Shown here piece after piece: positions 47,801-56,608 of a stretch of 57,580 nt of DNA. The stretch's first letter is position 1. Each line of letters starts with the position of its first letter. The notes under the pieces were generated by a model that saw nothing but the letters and a program-made list of their open reading frames with translations, ran no database searches and was not told where the DNA came from. The position numbers and the translations under genes are program-made. The DNA is from Vicinamibacteria bacterium (GTDB lineage: Bacteria; Acidobacteriota; Vicinamibacteria; Vicinamibacterales; UBA8438), in NCBI GenBank assembly GCA_022821235.1, contig JAJEEA010000236.1, forward strand, positions 1 through 57,580, written 5' to 3'.

Positions 47801-48923
47801 GCCGGTACGGGAGCAGGTCGCGGTCTTCGGCATATGCAATGAAGAGCAGCCGGAACAGGACGATGAGAGCCATCTCATACGTCTGGGCCAGGCTGTCACG
47901 GCCGCCGCCGTCAGCTCGGCGTGCGTCGGAGATCCCGTGCGCCAAGGCCGGGACGACTTGTTCGTAGATGCGCTCCCGGAGACGGTCGGCCAGGTCTCCC
48001 GCGAAGCGCCGCGACTGGTCGAGGACCTCCCGGAGGCTTCCGTCCGGAGCCAGCGCATCGGCCGAGAAGAGCAGCCAGAGATACGGCAGGTGGTCGTCGG
48101 ACAGGAGCGCGGGCTGGCATTCGACGTACGTCTCGGTCCGACCGCGACGGCCTACGCCGGTCTCGACGGCGGTCGCGTAGAGACGAAGGCGGTCTCCCTG
48201 CACCAGAACCACCCACGGCAGGTCTTCGTCGTCGGCCTTCTTGAGGCCGTAGCTGATCGGCGACAAACCGTTGAACCGTTGCGTTCCCGCTTCCGGCGAT
48301 TCCGTGTCGCGGAGCAGGACCGCCAGAGCGGTACGGCGGTCCGCCCTGCGCAGCAGGCTCGTGAGATTGTCGAGACGTTCGATCCTGAAGCCGAGCGCAC
48401 TCAGGAGATCACGGTCACGATTGCCAAGCACTCGCGTCGCCTTGCGCCTCGCTTCGGTCCAGTCCGTACGCGCCGGCACGCCGTGCTGCAACTCGTGCAA
48501 CGCCAGCAGTCCCTCGTTGTTCAGGCCGGGGAGAGCCGTTTCGAGAGATGGCAGAGCCTGCGACAGGAAGCGAAGCGCCGCGTGCCGATCCGGCTGTGCG
48601 AGCGTCTCCCGACAGAGTCGCTCGACCTGCCCCGGGTCGACCTTCGGATGGACCGGCGGCGTTTCGCCGGCCGGCCCGCAGAGGGCGGCGCCGTCCGGAT
48701 GCAGCACCACGAGCAGCACGGGAGCCGCGCGCCCACCTTTGCGGGTCTTCCAGCACTCCAACACGTCGGACCGCCTGGGTGCGCGCCCTGACCGGGCCAC
48801 GGCAACCTCGAGACCGTGCGCCCCTTGTCCGACGAACAAGCGCGGCGAGCCGAGACCGTAGCGGGCTGGCGGCAACCACCGTCGCGGCGGAAGATCGGAG
48901 AGGAACTGTGCGTCGTCTGCCAT
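44880..48923 (-). CDS. Type IIG/Eco57I-like N6-adenine DNA methyltransferase with C-terminal target-recognition region
   Basis: RLLFIAYAEDR, YDGGLF, GTIYEGLL, RKSSGSYYT, DIAMGSGHFL (motif I), IYGVDLN, GNPPW (motif IV), DLYKAF. Confidence 0.9.
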   Translation of the reverse strand: MADDAQFLSDLPPRRWLPPARYGLGSPRLFVGQGAHGLEVAVARSGRAPRRSDVLECWKTRKGGRAAPVLLVVLHPDGAALCGPAGETPPVHPKVDPGQVERLCRETLAQPDRHAALRFLSQALPSLETALPGLNNEGLLALHELQHGVPARTDWTEARRKATRVLGNRDRDLLSALGFRIERLDNLTSLLRRADRRTALAVLLRDTESPEAGTQRFNGLSPISYGLKKADDEDLPWVVLVQGDRLRLYATAVETGVGRRGRTETYVECQPALLSDDHLPYLWLLFSADALAPDGSLREVLDQSRRFAGDLADRLRERIYEQVVPALAHGISDARRADGGGRDSLAQTYEMALIVLFRLLFIAYAEDRDLLPYRHNDAYRRRSLKQKAQELADCVMQETPIAAGDSHWREFDVLCRAVATGNTEWGVPAYDGGLFTADANVSASGAAIAAITMPNESFEEALRHLLVIDTAEGVPGPVDFRSLGVREFGTIYEGLLESELGVAETDLTLDKKGVYRPARRRDVVAVAAGETYLHNRSGARKSSGSYYTKSFAVEHLLDGALEPALDDHFARLRSMDEADAADGFFDFRVADIAMGSGHFLIAAIDRIEKRMADALAARSLPGVRRELDALREAAQGALGELATSTTIEDGPLLRRLIARRCIYGVDLNGLSVQLARLAVWIHTFVPGLPLSFLDHNLVRGNSLVGVGTIEEIRKKFEDLDALPLFPLDAGSLLGRAAAPLRRLANLNDATLGDISKARIARRDASLAIRSTATLCDLIAAQPIADDAGPITKEDLGKWDPGLEDGGFGATVDSARRALDGLHALHFPVAFPEVFLGDRPGFDVILGNPPWQEATLEEHAFWARHFPGLRSQPQRAQEAEKARLRRERPDLVALYEDEASEVERMRRALVGGEYPGMGTGDPDLYKAFCWRFWRLAASHGGRIGVVLPRSALAAKGSTDFRLTMFGGLADLDLTMLLNRAGWVFDEAEHRYTIGLVAVVRRAGGRESSQLRLRGPYADRAQFHANVVREPVSFFGNEVRTWNDSASLPLLPHHDSVDVFLQLRKAPRLDLNAPPQWRARPDRELDASLQKHLMDLESEACPDGFWPVYKGESFDLWTPDTGTYYAWADPQPALAWVQAKRLRAGKRRGDSPHREFKAGYLRDRSTLPCFAPRVAFRDVSRATDSRTVRVALVPPEVLIGNQAPYLLWPRGDQRDQAFVIGVLSSIPLDWYARRFVESHVNYFVFNPFPIPRPPREDNRWRRVVVLSGRLACPDERFRSWADAVGVQSGPLEADEKNDMIHELDAVVAHLYGMTEAQLVHVFETFHEGWDFGDRLDAVLGHFRSWRKRG

Positions 48924-49160
48924 GCTGTCGTGCACCCGAGGATACTCGAAACGACTCTGCTCCGAGCCCGTGCGGGCTTTGCGTGTCTGGCATCACACAC
49001 TCGCCACGGGTGGCACCCCGTCGAGCTGCAGCCCCGGACCATGGCGTGGCCGGCCCACGGTCCGCAAAAACAACTCGGCACGGCGCCCGAGCATCGCGCT
49101 CGTCTGGCTTGGCGTGGGACACCTCGGTCGACCCAGAGTCCGTGAGATGATTAACCGCTG

Positions 49161-49490
49161 TCAGCCTGGAAGCGGCGCGGCCGACGGTTCGGTCGACGGC
49201 GGATCGACGTGGACAGTCACCCGGATTCGGCCGTCGAGCGCGGCGAGGATCTTCATCAGTCGATCCAGCGTGAACCGACCGAGGCTCGCGTTCCGGATGC
49301 GTGAGAAGTCCGCTACGGAGAACCCGGTGGCCTCTGCGGCCTTGCGGACCGGGAGCTTGCGCTCATCCAACACGACGATGATTCGGGCGGCGATGATTGC
49401 CTTGGCCTGCCTCAAATCTGCTTGAGGGTCGCCGAAATCGCGGAACACGTTGCCGCTCCCCTCGACGAGCTCGAGCTCGCTCTCGCTCAT
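49161..49490 (-). CDS. XRE-family HTH protein (HigA2-like antitoxin), no adjacent toxin
   Basis: VEGSGNVFRDFG...ADFSRIRNASLGRFTLDRLMKIL. Confidence 0.85.
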   Translation of the reverse strand: MSESELELVEGSGNVFRDFGDPQADLRQAKAIIAARIIVVLDERKLPVRKAAEATGFSVADFSRIRNASLGRFTLDRLMKILAALDGRIRVTVHVDPPSTEPSAAPLPG

Positions 49491-49501
49491 TGGCGTGAAA
49501 T

Positions 49502-49714
49502 TCAGGCATGCACTATCTGGGTCGTGTCCACTGGCAGGGCCTGACCGCGCTCGGCGTGCTCTTCTGCGATCATTCCGAACACGCGATGCAGCTCTGCCAG
49601 CGCCGCCTCGCGGGTGTCCATCAGCGCGTAGCAGCCGCCGATGGCCGGCACTTCGGCGACCCAGCCGCCGTCGAGCTGGCGGTACACGACGACCTTGTAG
49701 TCGGCAAGGGTCAT
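49502..49714 (-). CDS. hicB: HicB-family antitoxin, no adjacent HicA
   Basis: YKVVVYRQLDGGWVAEVPAIGGCYALMDTREAAL...RGQALP; TATATT ends 7 nt before the ATG (possible leaderless transcript). Confidence 0.8.
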   Translation of the reverse strand: MTLADYKVVVYRQLDGGWVAEVPAIGGCYALMDTREAALAELHRVFGMIAEEHAERGQALPVDTTQIVHA

Positions 49715-49766
49715 GCTTCGAATATAGCCGCTACCGAGGCGTCATGGCCGACGGTCGGCCAACCGC

Positions 49767-51761
49767 CTACTCGCCCGGCAGCGCGAACACCACCAGCCGT
49801 TCGTTCCCCCGCGGCTCGCCGCTCGCCGGGGCCGAGACGTTGGCCGCCACGTACTGCCGGCCGTCGCTCCCCGCGTAGGTGATGGGAACGGCCTCGACGT
49901 TGTAGTCGAACGCCACCGACCACAGCTCCTCGCCGGTGAGCGAGTCGAACGCCCGGAAGCGGCGGTCGACCGTGGCGCCGATGAACACCAGGCCGCCCGC
50001 GGTGGCGATGGCGCCGCCGACGTTGCGGCTGCCGACGCGCTGCCTGCCCTCGGGCAGGAGCTCGTCGATGCCCAGCGGCACCTCCCACGCGATGGCGCCG
50101 GTGGCCGCCTCGACCGCGACGAGGCGCGCCCAGGGCGGCTTGAAGCAGGGCAGGGCCCCGAGGCGCTCTCCGTCGGCGTCGAAGATCGGGGCCTCTAACG
50201 GCGGGCCCGCCTCGCGGACGAAGGCCACCTGGTCGTCGGTGTCCGAGGGGTACAGCTCGTTCTCCGTCATCCAGCCGCTGATGGGCTGGTCCTTCGAGTT
50301 GACGAAGATGTAGCCGAGCTCCGGATCGTAGGCGGTGCCGTTCCAGTTCACGCCGCCCCCGGTGCCGGGGAACACGAGCGACGGCGGGGTGCCCTCCTGC
50401 CGGTAGCGGATGGGCGTGTAGGGCCCGTCGTTGTAGTAGCCCACGGTGTCCCACAGCTCGCGGCAGGCGGCGGCGTGCTCGGCCGTGGTGTCGTCGGCGG
50501 TGACGATGTCGCCGGGGCCGATGCTGACCCGCGACACCGGGGGCGGCGCGAGGGGGAACGGCTGGGTCGGCGAGTACTGCTCGCCGGGCACGTCGCCGAC
50601 GGGCACCGGCCGCTCCTCGACCCCGTGGACGGGCTCGCCGGTGACGCGGTTCAGGATGAACATCCACCCCGACTTGCCGACCTGCGCGAGGGCGGGGATG
50701 ACCTCGCCGTCGCGCTCGATGTCCATCAGGCCCGGCGACGGCGGCAGGTTGTAGTCCCACAGCTCGCGGTGGATGTTCTGGAAGTACCACGCGAGCTCGC
50801 CGGTGGCGATGTCGATGGCGATGGTCGAGTTGGCGAACAGGTTGTCGCCGGGGCGGTCGCCGCCGTAGAAGTTCGAGCCCGGGCTGCTGACGGGCATGTA
50901 GACGAGGCCGCGCTCCTCGTCGACGGTGAGGGTGAAGGCCCACACGTTGTTCCCGATGCGGTCGCGCCAGCTCTGGTTGCCCCAGGTCTCGCTGCCGAAG
51001 TCGCTCTCGGTGGGCAGGGTCGGGAACTCCCAGAGCAGGGTGCCGGCCGCGTCGAGGGCCCGCGGCCAGGCCCGCGCCGGCTCTCCCCCGCCCCGGGGCT
51101 GGTTCAGGTGAGGCGCGATGTGCCGCTGCCCGGGGCCGAAGGCGCTCGAGCCCAGTATCAGGGTGTCGTCGTAGACCACCGGCACCCCGGTGTAGGGGAT
51201 GCGCACCGCCGCCTCGCCGCCGTCGCCGAAGGCGGCGTCGGGCTCGCCCGTCGCCGCGTTCAGGGCGACGACCTTCGAGAGGCTCGTGAAGTAGATGCGG
51301 GCCTCATGATCGTCGGTGGCCGGCCCGTAGGCGACGCCGCGGAACGACGCCAGCCCCTCGGCCAGCTCGTGCCGCCAGATCTCCTCGCCGGTCTCGGGCC
51401 GCAGGGCCACCACCCGGTTGCCCGACGCGAGGTACATCACGCCGTCGACCACGATCGGCGTCACCTGCTGGAAGAGCTCGGCCGGGCTCGGGCCCTCGAT
51501 GAACCCGTCCTCGGGATGGAACCGGTACGACCAGACCTCCTCCAGCGAGGCGACGTTCGACGTGTCGATCTGGTCGAGGGGCGAGTAGCGGGTGCCGGCG
51601 AGGTCGCGGTTGTAGGTCGGCCAGTCGGCGGCGGCGCTCCGCCCGGCTTCCTGGGCCACGACCGGCGCCGACGCCATCGCGGCCGCGACCAGCGCCCGGG
51701 CCACCCTGCCCGATCGGGACGAATGCCGCCGGGACGCACGCCCTGCCGTCATGAGTCGCAT
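49767..51761 (-). CDS. PQQ-dependent dehydrogenase (glucose/quinate-type)
   Basis: WPTYNRDLAGTRYSPLDQID, TPIVVDGVMY, WYFQNIHRELWDY, PCFKPPW, DGRQYV...FALP. Confidence 0.9.
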   Translation of the reverse strand: MRLMTAGRASRRHSSRSGRVARALVAAAMASAPVVAQEAGRSAAADWPTYNRDLAGTRYSPLDQIDTSNVASLEEVWSYRFHPEDGFIEGPSPAELFQQVTPIVVDGVMYLASGNRVVALRPETGEEIWRHELAEGLASFRGVAYGPATDDHEARIYFTSLSKVVALNAATGEPDAAFGDGGEAAVRIPYTGVPVVYDDTLILGSSAFGPGQRHIAPHLNQPRGGGEPARAWPRALDAAGTLLWEFPTLPTESDFGSETWGNQSWRDRIGNNVWAFTLTVDEERGLVYMPVSSPGSNFYGGDRPGDNLFANSTIAIDIATGELAWYFQNIHRELWDYNLPPSPGLMDIERDGEVIPALAQVGKSGWMFILNRVTGEPVHGVEERPVPVGDVPGEQYSPTQPFPLAPPPVSRVSIGPGDIVTADDTTAEHAAACRELWDTVGYYNDGPYTPIRYRQEGTPPSLVFPGTGGGVNWNGTAYDPELGYIFVNSKDQPISGWMTENELYPSDTDDQVAFVREAGPPLEAPIFDADGERLGALPCFKPPWARLVAVEAATGAIAWEVPLGIDELLPEGRQRVGSRNVGGAIATAGGLVFIGATVDRRFRAFDSLTGEELWSVAFDYNVEAVPITYAGSDGRQYVAANVSAPASGEPRGNERLVVFALPGE

Positions 51762-51899
51762 GGGTTGTCTCCTCTCGCTTCCCAGGGAAGGACAACGACG
51801 GAAGATTCCTGACCGCGCGTCAGACGCAGAAAAGCCGAAGAAACGGGCTGCGCGCGAAGTCGGCAAACCTTGTTCCGATCACCGTCCCAAGGGCCGCCG

Positions 51900-52292
51900 T
51901 CAGGTGATGCGCTGCCGGCCGAACTCCACCTGCAGGCGCTGAAGGCGCTCGCCCGTGGCGCGGCGAATCTCGTCCACGACGGACAATGCGTGGCGGCCGG
52001 CGTCTCCGGCGAGCTGGGCCTCGGTCGAGGCCTCGATCTCCGCCCGCAACGCCGCGAGCTCGTCGAGCGTGCCTCGCGCCTCGTCCAGGCGCTGCCGCCA
52101 CACCTCGTGGCGGGACCGCGTGTCCGGCCGCCCGCTCAGCTCCTCCAGGATGGCGATCTCGTCGTGGGCAATCGCCTCCAGCTCGGCAACGGTCTCCAGC
52201 AGCGATCCCCGCACGCCGTCGGGGTCGCGCTCGCACCCGAGGGCGGCCAGCATCGCCAGGGCGGCGAGGCCGGCCGCAACGCGCCCGAGCAT
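51900..52292 (-). CDS. Hypothetical helical lipoprotein
   Basis: Lipobox-like LAALGC after a hydrophobic leader; starts 4 bp after the DUF1552 stop. Confidence 0.6.
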   Translation of the reverse strand: MLGRVAAGLAALAMLAALGCERDPDGVRGSLLETVAELEAIAHDEIAILEELSGRPDTRSRHEVWRQRLDEARGTLDELAALRAEIEASTEAQLAGDAGRHALSVVDEIRRATGERLQRLQVEFGRQRIT

Positions 52293-52296
52293 GACC

Positions 52297-53631
52297 CTAC
52301 ACGCCGGACAGCGGCTCGAGCGGGAGCCGGCCGTTGCTGTGGCCGAGCTGCTCGATGGGCACCCCCATCTTGTCGAGCAGGCTCAGGTGGAGGTTGGCCA
52401 GCGGCGTGTCCCCGGGGTACTTCACGTGCCGCCCGCCGGTGCCCGCCCCGCCGCCGGCGAGGAGGATGGGCAGGTTGGTCGAGGCGTGGGAGTTGCTGTC
52501 GGCCATGCCCGCGCCGTAGACGATCATCGAGTGGTCGAGCAGCGTGCCGTCCCCGTCGGGGGTCGCGGCGAGCCGGTCGACGAAGGCCGAGAAGAGCTGC
52601 ACGTGGTACTGGTTGATCTTCGTCAGCTTGGCCAGCTTCTCGGGGTCGCGCTGGTGGTGCGAGATGGGATGGTGGGCGTCGGGCACCCCGATCTCGGCGT
52701 ACGTCCGGCCGGTGATCTCCCGCCCCATCATGAACGTCACGACCCGCGTGAGGTCGGTCTCGTACGCGAGGGCCATCAGGTCGAACATCAGCTTGGCGTG
52801 GTCGCCGACGGTGTCGGGAATGCCGGCGGGCTGCGCCACCACCGGCAGCTCGCGGTCGCTCTGGGCCTCGGCCATCTGGATGCGGCGCTCGATGTCGCGC
52901 ACCGCGTCGAGGTACTGGTCGAGCTTGGCCTGGTCGCCGGCCCCGAGCTGGCGCGACAGGTCGGCGGCGCGGTCGGTGACCGAGTCGAGCAGGCTGGCGT
53001 CCTTCTCGAGCCGCGCCCGGCGAATCGCGGGGTCGGTGCTGCCGGTGTCGCCGAACAGGCGCTCGAACACCGCCCGCGGGTTGTTCTCCATCGGCAGCGG
53101 GGTCACGTCGTTGGCCCACGCGATGGTGTTGGTGTAGGCGCAACTGAAGCCGTCGTCGCACGAGCCCGCGAAGTCGCGCCCGTCGAGGGCGAGCTCGAGG
53201 GTCGCGAGCTGCGTCTCGCGGCCGTGCACCCGGCCTGCGAGCTGGTCCATCGAGACCCCGCCCCGCAGGTCCGAGCCGTCGTCGGGCTTCGACGGCACCC
53301 CGGTGAGGAACCGGGTCGAGGAGCGGGCGTGCGGCCCCTCGCTCTCGACGCCGTGCATGCCCGACAGCACCTCGACGTGCGAGCGGTGCGGCTCGAGCGG
53401 CTTCAGGATGGTCGGGAACTCGAAGCCGGCCCCCTCGGTGGGCGGCGTCCAGTGCGGCATCATCATCCCGTTGGGGACGTACACCACGCCGAGCCGGCGC
53501 ACGGGGGCCGCCGCCGTCGTGCGCAGGGCCGCGAACGCGGGCACCATCCCGTCGAGCAGCGGCAGCGCGAGCGAGGCTCCGAGCCCTCGGAGCACGGTAC
53601 GACGGGGAAGCGCCTTCTGGGTGACGATCAT
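52297..53631 (-). CDS. DUF1552-domain protein (Tat-like leader)
   Basis: LPRRTVLRGLGASLALPLLDGM, YVPNG, SMDQL, PRAVFERLF, DLTRVVTF, HHPISHH; ATGA overlap with the upstream gene. Confidence 0.92.
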   Translation of the reverse strand: MIVTQKALPRRTVLRGLGASLALPLLDGMVPAFAALRTTAAAPVRRLGVVYVPNGMMMPHWTPPTEGAGFEFPTILKPLEPHRSHVEVLSGMHGVESEGPHARSSTRFLTGVPSKPDDGSDLRGGVSMDQLAGRVHGRETQLATLELALDGRDFAGSCDDGFSCAYTNTIAWANDVTPLPMENNPRAVFERLFGDTGSTDPAIRRARLEKDASLLDSVTDRAADLSRQLGAGDQAKLDQYLDAVRDIERRIQMAEAQSDRELPVVAQPAGIPDTVGDHAKLMFDLMALAYETDLTRVVTFMMGREITGRTYAEIGVPDAHHPISHHQRDPEKLAKLTKINQYHVQLFSAFVDRLAATPDGDGTLLDHSMIVYGAGMADSNSHASTNLPILLAGGGAGTGGRHVKYPGDTPLANLHLSLLDKMGVPIEQLGHSNGRLPLEPLSGV

Positions 53632-56093
53632 GATTCGGTCCTCCGCATCCGGAACGGTGTGCTCTTCACGATGCCGACAATGATAGACGACCAGCGGTAG
53701 TCGTCGGTAGCCGCCTCGCGGGTGATGGCCCGCACGGTGGGCCGGTCGTAGTACTCCGGCCCCCGCCCCAGCCCGTAGGCGAGCAGCTTCTCGGTCAGGG
53801 TCTGAACGAACTGGTGGCGCCGCTCCAGCAGGAGCGAGCGCAGCCCCACCGGCCCGTCGAACGCGGTGCCGTCGGGCAACTGCCCCGACGAGTCGATGGG
53901 CAGCCCGGCGGTGCCGGTGGTGCGCCAGCGCCCCACCGCGTCGTAGTTCTCGAGGGCCAGCCCCAGCGGGTCCATGGGGGCGTGGCACACCGAGCAGGCG
54001 GGGCTCTCGCGGTGGCGCGCCAGCCGGTCGCGCACGGTGGCGGCCCGGCCGTCCTCGCCCCGCTCCGGCAGGTCGGGCACGTCGGCCGGGGGCGGGGGCG
54101 GGGGCGTCCCGAGGATGTTGATCAGCATCCACTTGCCGCGCAGCACCGGCGACGTCCGGTTCGGGTACGACGTCACCGTCAGCACGCTGCCGTGCCCGAA
54201 GATGCCGCCCCGCCGCTCGGCCAGGTCGTCGTCCAGGCGCACCCGCCGGAAGTGGCTGCCGTAGACGTTGGGGATGCCGTAGTGGTCGGCGAGCCGCTCG
54301 TTGACGAACGTGTAGTCGGCCCCGAGCAGGTCGAGAACGCTGCGGTCCTCGCGCAGCAGGCTGTCGACGAAGAGCTCGCTCTCCTGCCGGAACGCCTCGC
54401 GCAGGTTCTCGTCGAACTCGGGGAAGGTGATGGCGTCGGGCACCACGCTGCGCAGGTTGCGCAGGTACAGCCACTGGCCCGCGAAGTTGCGCACCAGCTC
54501 GGTGGCCCGCGGGTCGGCGAGCATGCGCCGCGTCTGCGCCTCGAGCACGTCGGCGTCGGCGAGGCGGCCGGCCTCGGCGAGGGCGAGCAGCTCCTCGTCG
54601 GGGCCGGTCGACCACAGGAAGAACGAGAGCCGCGACGCGAGGTCGAGGTCGCTCAGGGCGTAGGCGGTCCCCGGCCCGGCGTCGACGGGGTCGCGGACCA
54701 CGCGGAACAGGAAGTCGGGGGCGATGAGCACCCGCTCGAGGGCGAGCTGGATGCCGGCGTCGAAGCTGCCCCCGTCGCGCCCCGCCCGGTAGAACTGCAT
54801 CAGGGTGGCGAGGTCACCCGCGTCGACGGGCCGGCGATAGGCGCGCCGGGCGAGCGAGCCGAGAATCTCGCGCGCGCACCGCTCCTCGTCCGCCGCCGTC
54901 TCGCCGTCGGGGCGGCACGTGAAGATGGCGCGGCGGCTCGGCGTGTCCCCCGGCCCGCCCGCCGACGAGTAGGGGCCGCCGATGACGACGTGCTCGACCG
55001 CGGCGTAGCCGTCCCGCATCTCGTTGACGGCGACCGCGAACACGCTCTGGCGGGGCTGCAGCACCCCTTCAGGCTCGGTGAACCGCCGCACGAACGAGAC
55101 GCCGACGACGTGCGGGCCGGCCTCGGCCTCGAAGCGCACCCGCATGTTGGCGTCGGCGAAGAGCATGTACTCTTCCCACTCGGGGTCGCCGAACAGGTTG
55201 CCGCCGTAGCTGGCCGGGGCCTGCACCCCCTCGGGCTCCTCGCCCCCGAAGACGAAGGTGCGGACGAGCTCGCCGTCCAGACGCACCTCGAGCTCGTGGC
55301 GCGACCCCATGCCGCGGACGTAGTTCACGTAGTTGCGGTGCAGGCGGATCTGCAGGTCGTACTCGCCGGCGACGGGGAAGACGTGGCGGATGGCGATGCC
55401 CCCGCGCGACCCGAACGGCAGGTCCTCGCTCATGCGGTCGTCCTGCAGCAGGAGGATGGGGACCTTGTAGGTCTCCGCCGCCGGCCCCAGCGGGGCCTCG
55501 CCGAGGGCGGTCCGCCCGATCTTGCGGGCGGCCGACAGGTAGCGCTCCATGAGGGCGGACGAGACGGTCAGCACGTCGGCGTTGTTGTCGAAGCCGTACT
55601 CGTCGAAGTCGTCGGCGGGCAGCAGGTTGGCGACGTCGACGTCCACCGCCAGCAGGTCGCGCACCGCGTTGGCGTACTCGGCGCGGTTCAGGCGGTGCAC
55701 GGCCTGGGTGCGCCCCGGGTCCGGCGCGGCGAGGGCGACGCGGTCGATCTCCGATTCCAGCCACCCCGCGACCCGGTCGTAGGTCCCGGCGTCGGGCCTC
55801 GGACGGCCCACCGGGGGCATGGCGCGGGTGCGCAGCTTCGTCACCACCTTCTCCCACAGCTCGGCGTGGCCGGCGACGGCGGAGAGGTCCCGGCCGTCGA
55901 GGCTGAGGCCGGCGGTGCGGAGCCGGTCGTTGTGGCAGGTCAGGCAGTACCGGTCGACGGTGGCCCCGAGCAGATCGGCCCCGGCGGCAGCGTCGGGCTG
56001 GGCGAGCGCCCCGGTGACGGCGAGGGCCGGCGACAGCAGCGCGGCCAGGACCAGGGCCGCGCCGAGACGGAACCGTTGCGGAACAGCTAGCAT
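53628..56093 (-). CDS. DUF1592/DUF1588-type multidomain protein with c-type cytochrome motifs
   Basis: YCLTCH and CSVCH; RLNRAEYANAVRDLL, LASRLSFFLWS, TSPVLRGKW, MDPLGLALENYD. Confidence 0.92.
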   Translation of the reverse strand: MLAVPQRFRLGAALVLAALLSPALAVTGALAQPDAAAGADLLGATVDRYCLTCHNDRLRTAGLSLDGRDLSAVAGHAELWEKVVTKLRTRAMPPVGRPRPDAGTYDRVAGWLESEIDRVALAAPDPGRTQAVHRLNRAEYANAVRDLLAVDVDVANLLPADDFDEYGFDNNADVLTVSSALMERYLSAARKIGRTALGEAPLGPAAETYKVPILLLQDDRMSEDLPFGSRGGIAIRHVFPVAGEYDLQIRLHRNYVNYVRGMGSRHELEVRLDGELVRTFVFGGEEPEGVQAPASYGGNLFGDPEWEEYMLFADANMRVRFEAEAGPHVVGVSFVRRFTEPEGVLQPRQSVFAVAVNEMRDGYAAVEHVVIGGPYSSAGGPGDTPSRRAIFTCRPDGETAADEERCAREILGSLARRAYRRPVDAGDLATLMQFYRAGRDGGSFDAGIQLALERVLIAPDFLFRVVRDPVDAGPGTAYALSDLDLASRLSFFLWSTGPDEELLALAEAGRLADADVLEAQTRRMLADPRATELVRNFAGQWLYLRNLRSVVPDAITFPEFDENLREAFRQESELFVDSLLREDRSVLDLLGADYTFVNERLADHYGIPNVYGSHFRRVRLDDDLAERRGGIFGHGSVLTVTSYPNRTSPVLRGKWMLINILGTPPPPPPADVPDLPERGEDGRAATVRDRLARHRESPACSVCHAPMDPLGLALENYDAVGRWRTTGTAGLPIDSSGQLPDGTAFDGPVGLRSLLLERRHQFVQTLTEKLLAYGLGRGPEYYDRPTVRAITREAATDDYRWSSIIVGIVKSTPFRMRRTES

Positions 56094-56608
56094 CGTGGGT
56101 CGGCCCCCCTGCGCGCCGCCGAGAATCGGCCTGAACCCGTTCCCCGCGACAACCCGGCGCGCCGACGACCGCGGCGCCGGCAACGGGCGCGACGAGACCG
56201 CAAGTCGCGGTCGGGGAAGAACGGACCGTGCGCTCTGGTCAATGTGACTGTGGAACGGCGATTTCGCCACGGATCGAATCGGTCATAGTCTGGCCGAACG
56301 CCTGCGCGGTGTCAAACGAGCGCGATCCCGCGAATCGTTCCCGCCGTTCCCGCCTCCGACCCGGAGCGTAGTATCGTGTCGTCCAGGAAACTCGGATTGC
56401 GCCAACCCAACCAACGGTTCACCTGCACCCTCCCGGTCGTGCGGCGTGACGAAGAGGTCGTGCCGGCCGAGCAGGAGCGCCCCATCGGCGCAACCGGGCT
56501 AAGCGATGCAGAATCGGACGCCGCGGCAGGGCCCGGTCGCCGTAGCGGGGAGACCGGTCTCGAAGACCATCGTCGAGCAGCGGGGCGAGCGGGCCTGACG
56601 GTGCGGCC

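Noticed and set aside
39883-48923. Calling the locus DISARM or BREX
   Set aside because: Core genes (drmA/drmB; pglZ/brxC) are not recognisable in the window.
56393-56432. Possible fourth copy of the dispersed repeat (CCCAACCAAC...CTGCACC)
   Set aside because: Only two short blocks match and it is not at a gene 3' end; could be chance.
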